From positions 45,322,001 to 45,386,000 of the forward strand of contig NC_043009.1 in the NCBI RefSeq assembly GCF_006345805.1: a stretch of DNA of 64,000 nucleotides. Reading direction: 5' to 3'. Shown in pieces: positions 53,136 to 64,000 of the stretch; position 1 is the first letter of the stretch; each line of letters starts with the position of its first letter. The notes under the pieces were generated by a model. It ran no database searches. It was not told where the DNA came from and worked only from the letters and a program-made list of their open reading frames with translations. This DNA is from Octopus sinensis. Taxonomy: Eukaryota. The position numbers were made by a program, and so were the translations under genes.

Positions 53136-54653
53136 TCCTTCCGCCTGACTGTATGGTAGTTTTCATTAATTTATGAATGAAATGTGATGTCACGTGGTTT
53201 ATTGGCGCCACTATTCGGCTCGCGATTGGTGTAGGACCTATAGTTTTGTAGGCTGCTGAAACTGGAGAAGCTATGCTGTTGGTATTAAGTGTGAACATTT
53301 GTGAAGAATTCCTTAAATTAGAAAAAAGAAAAAAGATTAAAGTGGAAGTTTTATGGGGTAGTATTTCAATAGGAAAAAGATTAAGGAAAGCCTTTGGTGC
53401 GGAAGTTAGCGGTGCAGTTACGAGAAATCAGATGGTAAAAGAAGATGAAAGCGAAATTCGCGAAGTAGGAGACTTTTGGGATGGTTAGAAGATGAGCTAC
53501 AAAAGTTATTAGATAGACATAGATTGTGTTAGACACCGTTCTAATTGCAACAGCAGATATAAAGTAAATAATTAGTACTAAATGCGTATATTGGGCTAAA
53601 TTGAAACTCTATGGTCTTTAAAATACTGTACATTACATAATATAGTCCTAAATACCCATAAACGAAAGGAATGGTGACGACTCTAATGTCAACAATAATA
53701 GGTATGCTCGATCATAACTGGCCTGCGGTTAAATCTCAACAACATTATTAGCAACAGGAACATCAACGGAAATAACAACTACAGCAACATAGATAAGCGC
53801 TATGTGAAACTTCAACGACCTGTCGGGTAATCGATCTCACCATCACCACAGACATCGATATTATAGTCTATGTTTACATGCATCGTGTCTTAGCATGGAC
53901 TCCTTATTGGTCGACAATGTTCTTCCGCCTGCTTCTTTCGTCATTAATTAACTGAGCATAAGAAAATAGTAGATTTGCATGATCAACAAGATGTTGTATG
54001 TAACCTAACTGCTAAAAGCCCCCGAGCAACACATTAGCTATCTTGTTATCGTGTATCTCTATCTCCGCTAATTCTATTTTCTTAGCTTCTAATTTAATTA
54101 TTCACTATTGAAGATGCGAATTGCCCTATTGGTTAACTTTATTTGACTACTGACTAGGAATGAAACACCGCCGTAAGCAGTTCATTGTACTTTTGGGGGC
54201 AGATATGTAGCTGCTCACCTAACATACGGGAACAGGCTTCAGAAGATAAATCAGAGAATCCATTGTTGGACTTTTATGTGTATGTGAAGAAGACAAGAGT
54301 AAGCAAATGTATTGTGTATACTGACAAAGAAAACCTTGAATTTGTTTTCGTTTCTGGAACGTATATCTGTTGTTTTCGAATTGATGTAGCATAATTTAAA
54401 ATATTCCTAATTATTACTCTGTGTAAATTAATACTAAATGATTTTCACTGAATACCTTATCCTTCAATTATCTTAGATACTGCGACAGGTATCTCTGGCA
54501 TCCATTAACTTAGCTTCACCCTCGGGTTTATGTGGTGTTTGCCTTTACTAATACTGATATTTACATATGCTATAATATATACACTTTCACTCGTTTAAAG
54601 AGATAGTATCATAAGACCAAAATATTTCCTCGAGAGAAAAATTAAGAAAAGCC

Positions 54654-54774
<121 letters not shown>

Positions 54775-55239
54775 ACGTTTGTGTGTCTGTGTTTGTCCCC
54801 ACAAAATCTCTTGACAACCGATGCTGGGGTCGATTTGCTTGACTAAAGGCGGTGCTCCAGCATGGCCACAGTCAAATGACTGAAAGAATTAAAAGAGTAA
54901 AAGAGTATATATATTGACGTTTGTAAATCTTTTCTCCCGAGGAAAGATTTTTGTCTTATGGTAATATCTCTTCAAACGAGTGAAAAGGACGAGTATATAT
55001 ATATCGTAGCTATGTAACTCTCAATATTAACAGTTTTGATAGGAAACAAAAAGTCTTGTATGTTCTCTCCAAATTCTTCATGGGAAAGATCGCTTAAAGA
55101 TCATGCAATCATTTATTGATTGCACGCCCATGACATTTTGTACATGGTATTTGCTAACTATGAAAATAACGATTATCTCGTAATTCCGACCTTCCGAAAC
55201 AGCTGTCATGTGAAAAACTATGCATTCTATGTATATATG

Positions 55240-55304
<65 letters not shown>

Positions 55305-55508
55305 TAATATATTTTTATATATACCAAGCTTAATCGTGTTTATCTGCATCACACTCTCCATATTAGCTCACATGAATTTCTCTTTTGGTCACTCTTGATT
55401 CCCGTACCCGAGTCCTCGATAAAAATTCAAGTTTAAGTTCAAGCCGTTTGAGCACCACGAGGTATTTTCTATACTCACCATTTCTAGTTCTCAAGTTGTT
55501 ACTGTATA

Positions 55509-55563
<55 letters not shown>

Positions 55564-55574
55564 ACACAAACACA

Positions 55575-56085
55575 TAAAGCTGAAAATGTGTGTCTGACTA
55601 TCCACCTGTCTGTCTGTCTGTATGTGTGTCTGTATGTGTGCATCAGAAAAAGTCGACAACTAGCCAACATATTTCATTCAAATTGTACACATGCATATAG
55701 TGTCGTGGGCCAAAACATTTACAGTTTCTTGCCTAATGCGAGCCCGGAACAATCTCTTATCTCTTACACTGTTTCTGTACAACATGTCAAAAGTAAAACA
55801 GTAACATCTCTATTAATACTTTCACTATTATATGGTTTCAGTTTCAATTACTTTCATAAAAACTGAGAATGTGTGTCTGCCTGTCTCTGTGTTTTCCTAA
55901 AACTTGAGAACTACACAACCAATTTCATTCAAATTTTACACATGCCTTACTTAGGGTCCAGGGAGTGTCATGGGCAAAAGAAATGTTTAACTTCTTGCCT
56001 AGAGCGAGCCCACAGCAATATCATATCTTCTCCACTATGTCAGTATTACGTGTTAAAAGTGAAACAAAAACATCTCTCTATTGTA
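55575..56085 (+). mobile_element. Two diverged tandem ~280-bp modules resembling Helitron-N 5' regions
   Basis: Shared blocks tttcattcaaatt.tacacatgc, agtgtc.tgggc.aaa, ttcttgccta..gcgagccc and aaaagt.aaaca..aacatctct; both begin with aaa.ctga.aatgtgtgtctg. Confidence 0.5.
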
Positions 56086-56093
56086 TGTATATG

Positions 56094-56149
<56 letters not shown>

Positions 56150-56879
56150 ATATCTATATATATATATATATTACAAAATATAAAGTTATATCTTGAGATC
56201 GTTAGTGACAACAACGCTCAAAATATATAACAGACTGGAATAGTACTGCTCAAATGAGCTGTATACACTATTTAATCCGAGCAGCAACTACAAGAGCACT
56301 ACAAACTCCACAGAAAGATCAAACACATACATATATTCATATATTCATTTACATCTACAGAACAGACATAAAGCCCGACGTTTAGAAATATATAGTAATA
56401 TATAAATATATAGATATATAAACATCATATAAAATATATTGTACGCGTAAGATCCACTCGACGTTCCATAAGAAATTTAGAAATAAAAATTGCAATAAAA
56501 GTTAGAGGTAATAATAACAATTGAATTAAATATAGTAAATATAGAAAGTAATAATTAAAAGAAAATTAAATTATGGTAATTAAATCGTAATATTACAATT
56601 AAAAGAAAAAAATAGCAATTAGTATAAAATGTATCAAGGCTTTGAAGTCGAATATGAATGGGAGAAATTAAAAGATGAAAAATTTAATTGAGTGCAGAAG
56701 TGAATTAGTCCAGATGGTGCTGTGCGCATACCATTTACTATAGCTGCTCGATTGAATTATATGCTTATAAAGTAGCATTCAGTATCTATGAAAATTTTTG
56801 GGAGTACGTAATGTCTGGTCTTTCGCATGTAGCAGGTATGTAATTGTGCATTTGTTTCCGTGTACTATGTGTTGTGAGT

Positions 56880-56976
56880 ATAAAACATCCTGACGAGGGG
56901 AGTGTCAATTTTAAATATATGATATGTTTCATATTAATTGGTGCATCTCCGAAACGGCCCGTAGATGACATTTTAT
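56880..56976 (+). ncRNA. Type I hammerhead ribozyme with extended stems I and II, all core positions present
   Basis: AUAAAA-CAUC-CUGACGA-GGGGAGUGUCAAUU...AAUUGGUGCAUCUCC-GAAAC-GGCCC-GUA-GAUG-ACA-UUUUAU; G10.1-C11.1 pair; predicted cleavage after 56963. Confidence 0.8.
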
Positions 56977-57097
56977 GTATTTTTGTAAATTTCTATATTT
57001 ATCTTCTATGTATTTTTCTCTGGAATTTTAATTCGCCTTTTTAATGTCATTTTATGTTTTATTTCCCCAAATTTTTAATTTAACAAATTTATACCAA

Positions 57098-57138
57098 ACT
57101 AGCACTATGACCCGGTAACGCCGGGTCATAATGTTAGT
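57098..57138. mobile_element. Helitron-type 3' terminus forming a 41-bp palindrome
   Basis: actagcactatgacccgg-taacg-ccgggtcataatgttagt: a GC hairpin followed by TTAG on plus and CTAG on minus. Confidence 0.55.
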
Positions 57139-57171
57139 ATATATATATATATATGTATATATATGTATGTA

Positions 57172-57202
<31 letters not shown>

Positions 57203-59369
57203 GTATGTATGTGAGTGAGAGAATGTGTGTTAGTGTGCGTGTGTATGTATGTATATACGCACATATACGCATTAGCACAACTGGCTTCAACTTGCTAGAT
57301 ATACCAGTTGTTTAAAAGGAAGGATAATTCATTAACCTTGTCTTAATTACGCAATTTCAAACAAGAAAGAAAAATGACTGGAATGCCATACTTTGTATCA
57401 TAAGTTTGCTACATCTTGGCTGAGCTCGTAAAAAATAACGATCGTCTTTCATATTTGGTTTCTCTTACTACGTCCTAAGCTTAAGCAATAATACCAGATT
57501 CATCATGTTATCTCTTTATAATACCTATGAAATACTCCTAGTCTTTGTTATATTCATGGCTATGTTGCTAAAATTACAGAAGCGTCAGCACGCCGGATAA
57601 AATGCTTGTTTTGAGTTCAAATGCCGTAAAGGTTGCCTTATATTCTTTCGGGATGGATAAAATAAGTACTGGTTGAACATCTCTTCCTTTCAAGGTTGAT
57701 AAAATGAGTGCTATTTGAAAAGTCAAAGTAATCGACTTCCTCACCTCACAAGATTTCAGAACTTCTACCTACAGTATTAAGTACAGTACTATATTCAGAA
57801 CTGTTCTATATAACATTACTGCAGGAGATGCCAGTCAGTAAGATCTATTTTATTTATAGCAATAAAGAGAGATGAATGCTGCTCGGGACTAAAATCAAGT
57901 TATAACCAAGGTGAATACCTGAACCTATGTTTTTTTGTTTTTTTCTCCTGGTTGAAGGTTCTTTATTTCACGTACACTGGCTCTTATAAAATATGACATT
58001 TTCTTTAATTTGCAATGAATTATTGATCTTATTTCTACTTAAGAACCAGTATCTGCTGTAGAAATCGGGATTTTGAACTTATAGAAACAGAAGACAGGGA
58101 AAAATAAATGTCTTTATTATTCTCTATTATTTAGTTTAATTTCTGTCTGTCCCGAATTCCCGTCCACCCAAGTCACATTTTAATTTTCACCTGAGAGAGG
58201 TTACTAAAATAATTGTAAGTAATATATGGGGATTGATTAAATCAGTTACACCCACTGCAAAAATGTATTTTGAACTCAGGTAGAGGGGAATGGATATTTA
58301 TGACATAAATATGAAATATGATGAACCATCAGAAAATGCAGAAATAATACAACAGATTTACAAAGTTTAAGTTTGCTCAGTGAGAGATTGAAAGAGAGAA
58401 TGAGAGAAGTAGAGGAAGAAAGAAAGTGACAGGCAAAGAGAGAGAGAGAGAGATGTTGACGACCAAAATGAGTGTGTGAGTAAGGTACAGAGAATAAATT
58501 TAGAAGATTGAAAGAGAGAGAGAGAAAGAGAGAGAGAGAGACAGAGTCCGAGAAAGAGAGAGAGAAATAGAGATAGGGAAAGCGAGAGATAACATGTAAA
58601 TATGACCCTTTTTTAAAGGCATAATAAAAAATAAATGCACAGCGCTTTTGATGTTAGATTTCCGAGCTGAAATTCAATTAAGTGTTATCTAAAAATTATA
58701 TTTTCAAAAAGAAAGGAAATACTTTTATAACATTGAAAAAAATATCAAAAATAAACATTTCTTTAGGATACTTGATAGTTATATTCTTTAAAAAATAACA
58801 CTTACATTAAACTAATTCCTTATATATCAGTTATTAGCTTTAAGTATATCTCAATTGTAACCTTAATTAACTTTTTAAAAACTAGTTTATTTTTTAAAGT
58901 TCGTTACTTTAATAGTTATGAATATTAAAAGCAAAATACTGAACACCATATCAACAAAATTGTTTGAAAATTACGTAGAGAAATCATATTGAGATATTAA
59001 CCATAAAATGATTATTGGCATTATGTAACGATGAGAGCGTGATCCTTTAATCTACCCTATATTTGATGCAGTGTCAAAAGAGGATCTTCTGAAAGACGAT
59101 CTATACACAACTGATTTACGAAGAAAGACGTTTCTTACAGCTAGAAGAGAGCGATCAGAAAAGAGTGATTCGGCTATGTTGGAGATACAAGTAGCAACTT
59201 ATTGATTATAGAGGGTGGATACGTTAAGTATAGCTGCAGGAGTGGCTGTGTGGTAAGAAATTTGATTCTCAACCACATGGTCCCACGTACAGTCCTACTA
59301 CGTGGCAGTGGGATTGAACCCAGTGTCTTCTGCTACAGGCAGGTGCCGAGCAAAGCCTTATGAGTGGAT

Positions 59370-59720
59370 TTGTTGTCTATTCTGTATTTTATGTAGTTTG
59401 TTCTTAGTGCTTGTTCTTGGACAGCACAGATTAGAGCCTCCGTTTCCGGTTTTAAATCACTTTTAGTCATCCACCGCCATCTTTTCTCTCTGTCTGTCTT
59501 CAACATCCCTATGAAATTGACCATACATTCTTTTCTTTATCTACCTATTTTCAGTTTCATTCGATTTCAATTTCTTGTATAGTGCTTTACAGGAAATCTT
59601 AGTCTTTGAGGGTTATTTTTCAGTTGTTCTGCTGGGTTATATTAGTATTTCTATGTCTTCAGCTGCTGACTGGTCAGGGCAGCGAAGAACATGTCCAGCC
59701 GCTGTCAAGGCTGGCGCTAT
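59370..59720 (-). pseudogene. Dong/R4-like retrotransposon internal fragment
   Basis: DREKRWRWMTKSDLKPETEALICAVQEQALRTNYIKYRID; begins at a (TAA)n tract and is cut by a SINE B head at ~59225-59370. Confidence 0.7.
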
Positions 59721-59731
59721 TATTATTATTA

Positions 59732-59777
<46 letters not shown>

Positions 59778-60328
59778 GAGTGAGAGAGCAGTGCATGCCA
59801 TCAAAGTGACACTGGGGTAAAATATACGAAGCCCAATATACCCATCATGACTACCCGTATGATAAATGTACACCAGGCACATGCATCACAACCATATGTG
59901 CGCGACATGGTGATCTCATATCAAGATAAACAGCACATGACCTTGCAGGTGGGGCCCAGTTAGAATTTTCTTCAGGTTGAGTAGCCCATCCCGCTCAAAA
60001 GGTCCCTGAATAAGGGTTGCTTAAGGATGTTGAAAGAACCACCCATGTTTCCAGAGGTGAATTATTCAAACCCCAAAGAATTCCTCTCAACACATGGCTA
60101 TGATGCTCCCCCACTACTTGTCGTGATCAGAGATGCACATATCGTCAGCCACTAAGGGACATGCTCAACTGGTTAAGGTCAAACAACTGACAAGCAAATC
60201 TGTGGTATTGAGCAGATTATTTGCTGTAGCCCATCTTTTATACCAAGACAAAACAATGTACATGATAACACTTCCAATCAGTTAAGATCAGAAGCCATGA
60301 GAGCCACTGCCTGGTACTGCATCAGGGC

Positions 60329-60330
<2 letters not shown>
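59778..60330 (-). mobile_element. 553-bp non-coding interspersed element embedded in (TAA)n
   Basis: Sharp (ATT)n boundaries on both sides; partial second copy at 1-43. Confidence 0.7.
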
Positions 60331-60677
<347 letters not shown>

Positions 60678-60689
60678 GAGGCAGTGAGC

Positions 60690-61060
60690 TGATATCATTG
60701 TCGGACGAAATGCGTAGCGGCATTTCTTCCGGTTTTACATTCTGAGTTCAAATGCTGCTGAGTCCGACTTTGCTTCTCACTCTTTTGGGGCTGATGATAT
60801 AAGTATTAGTTGAGTACTGGTGTCCATGTAATCGATTGACTTTCATCCTCCATCCATATTACTGCCTTTGTGCTGGCTAAAATGCTGCTAAACATTTTAC
60901 ACCCCTTTACGTTCTGAGTTCAAATTCCGCCGAGGCCGATTTTGCCTTTCATCCTTTCGGCGCCAACAAAATAAATACCAGTTGAATATTGACGTCGATG
61001 TAATCGACCTACGTCTTGTCCCCAAAATTTCAGGCCGTGTGCCTTTGGTAGAAAGGGTTA
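60690..61060 (+). mobile_element. Two SINE family A copies in tandem
   Basis: ttctgagttcaaat...gccgaggccgattttgcctttcatcctttcgg cores at ~60740 and ~60912. Confidence 0.8.
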
Positions 61061-61376
61061 TTATCATTTATACCAACATTCAAATTGCAAACTTCATAAT
61101 ATTATTATACTCCTTCTATACTATTTTTAAGATTGATCCTCCGACTAGACCTGTGGGTGGAGTAGAACAGTGGTTGACTGAGTATAACAATGGACAGCAT
61201 TGATTTGAGAGGCCTAGTTACGCCTCTTTAAGTTCGGTGTTCAAATCTCTAGAGATCGATAAAATAAGTATCACTCAATTATTCGGTTCGATGTGATCGA
61301 CTATTTTCTCTTCCAAATGTATGACCTTGTGCTGGTATTAGAAATAATTAATTGTATTCCTCGGATCAGAAAGAGG

Positions 61377-61427
<51 letters not shown>

Positions 61428-61946
61428 CATTCCTTACTTTCAACTGTTTATGCCAGTATGAATTCAAGTAATCCGTCAATGATAGCTAGAACATTGTGCT
61501 AACCAATTCCTTTCTACATCACAAAGGCAGGAGAAGAAGTTCAATAATAGAGATTAGTAACAACAGATCAGAGTCCTTTGTCGATTCCTTCTAGTCCAAT
61601 ATAAGCAATAGTAATGTTATCAAAGTTGAATAAAGCTCTTGTTTACCGAAAGCTACTCATAACCAGGTTCGCATAGATCGATCTAACACTCTGTCTACAT
61701 GTAGTGTAGTTATGTGTGTATGTGTGTGTATCTGTGCGTGTGTGTGTGTTGTGCGCCTGTGGTGAGTGCATGCTGTGTGTGTGGTTTGTGCTTGCTGTGT
61801 GTGTGTGTATGTATATATGTTTCTTAGTTGGCCTCAGTATATCCATGCCTTCCACAAATAATACAACAAATTAATATATGTTGGCATACCTACATCGATA
61901 TAATGGAACGTATATGCATATGTGTGAGATTTTATGCGTGTATTTC

Positions 61947-62010
<64 letters not shown>

Positions 62011-64000
62011 ATAAATGATTGATGTATTTATTTGATGTATTTGCATGTATGTGTGTATATGTGCCTACGAAATTTAAACCGTTTTAAAGAAGTCTTACAC
62101 ACAGATATTCCAATATATATCGTAAAATCGACATCTCTCACAGTCCCTCTCTCTCTGTCTCTCTTCCCCCTCTCTCTCCCTCTCCCTCTCTCTCTTTCCG
62201 TCTCTCACTTTCTACTGCTCATTGTAGTCTTACAGCTCCAAAACTTGTGATTTCCTACTATGAAATATTACGCGCGCATGAGGACATTTATAAATGGATT
62301 AATGTCTACATACGAAAATACATCCACATATATAACCACCTACTTGTATATATAGGTACCCAGATTATATATAAAATAGATCACAATGAATTACTATTGA
62401 ATGAAAATCAATTAGTCACATATCAATAATCAGAAAAGAACCAGGTCAAACGTGAACTGACTTAATGGTACATTCCTCCTTCGCGCTGGTTTTGCATTTC
62501 AAAGTTAATACATTTATTATGAGTAAGTCATTGGTTTCAGGTTGAGGTTAGCCAACACGATTGTCTGTACCATTCCAGCTTGCGTTTCGACAGTTTGCAA
62601 CACATTGTTATTGAGATCTACTGGTCTCAAGCAAGCCTTTCTAGTCATTTCTGAGGTAAAATTATACGGGCCTTTACTCGCTTCAAGATCTCATTCCTCC
62701 GTTGATCCTCGATTATTAACGGATCTAGGCACAGTGATTCATTTGTGGACCAATGACATTTCTAACTCTACAAAGAACTCTCAGCGTAACTAGGGCGATA
62801 TCAAGAGTAAACATTCTCTCCTTCAGTGAGGGGTTTGGATAGAAGAATAAAATAGCAACCACCTTTTGGCCTCTTCACAGTCAATATCAATTTTCTATAG
62901 TCGCTGTCGAAGTTAAAAACTTTTGAATTCAATATTCAAGAAAATGCCGGTCCTTGTAAACAATCTTTCTTTGTGTTCGGCAGCTTCAATGAAATTGAAA
63001 GGGTATTTCAGTGCAATTTGTTCAAATGCTCCTAGAATAACAGGTTGTTAAACCGTGGAGGACCTGAAGAAACATATCTGATCAAAAAGCATATTCCAGG
63101 GGAATATAGTACTAGAGAGGTGTTATCAAAATATGATATAATGACAACAGACTATACGACAACAGAAAGCTGATGGAAAGAAAAGTCATTGCACTGTATA
63201 ACATTCCATACGCATGGTATATTAATTTGCAAGTTCAAGAAATTTCAGAGAACAGGCCGGCAATACTTACAGTATAAGGAAGGTAAACAGGGCGTCTTTA
63301 GAGTGTGATCAAATAGTGGGTACTAGAAAAATTCTTAGATGAAGAAGTAACAACATTCAATTGACCTCAATTACCAAGGGCTAGAAACTTTTCGAATGAA
63401 AAAGATTCCTCTTTTCCCACTGTTTTGCCTCTTTAAAGACATTGAATATATATAGCTGCATTTGATGGCTAAAAAATCAGACAGACCTATCAAACCCATC
63501 CTAATTTCAGCAGCGCATAAGAAAGAGAGTGTTTTTGGTGCCTATAGGAGGCCCAAATTCGAGGCAATGTTTTGAGTCACTTTAGAAAAAGTGCGCATCA
63601 TATACCACCAAATATGTTAACTATTAGCAGTAGTAACCAACCTTGACCAGGTCTAAAGTAAATAACTACAATCAAATTAATTTACTGTATCCTAGATAAA
63701 TTGTCTGGAAAGTGGCTGATAGACTTCAACATTTCTTGGAATGTTGTTTCAGTCAGAACTTATGGTTTCAGTTGAATTTTATACGCAGTATATTCATAAT
63801 AGTCTTCTGAAAACAAATACAAATTTTTGAGATTTATCTCATTTGCTGCTTCTTTTATTGTAGGTGTAAAGCCCTTCATTGTAATCATTTAGCAACATCG
63901 AATTTGGGATGTGTGTTTGGGAATATTATTGTTAACTGCTTATTAACATTTCAAGCTTCAGTCACTCACTTATGTTGTATTCGTATAAGCTCTTTCCTAT

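Noticed and set aside
62480-64000. Microsatellite-free, coding-like terminal block
   Set aside because: The frames I translated are interrupted by stops and I recognised no RT, integrase or host motif. It needs tBLASTx or an HMM search.

Overview
This is an AT-rich, microsatellite-saturated eukaryotic window. The SINE families and repeat landscape suggest an octopus or related coleoid cephalopod (inference, not a database result). I find no supportable host protein-coding exon, rRNA, tRNA gene or CRISPR array. Almost all ORFs in the track are translations of microsatellites, and the rest are decayed transposon remnants: hAT (Charlie/Buster-like, with TIRs and an 8-bp TSD), three Tc1/mariner fossils, a complete non-autonomous Helitron, RTE-like and Dong/R4-like LINE fragments, and many tRNA-derived SINEs. 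The main unexpected signal is a dispersed set of type I hammerhead ribozyme motifs in short ORF-less elements. Two have a fully intact core and helices (45785-45827 minus, 56880-56976 plus), two are near-intact (13569-13603 plus, 26234-26303 minus) and several are decayed. Two of them sit in unrelated ~380-bp units bounded by 36-41-bp inverted repeats. A diverged ~1-kb palindrome (35473-36503) carries a hammerhead-like core near each end. This looks like a Penelope-like-element-derived or retrozyme-like population of non-autonomous, potentially self-cleaving RNAs. All folding and alignment was done by eye and needs computational and biochemical confirmation.
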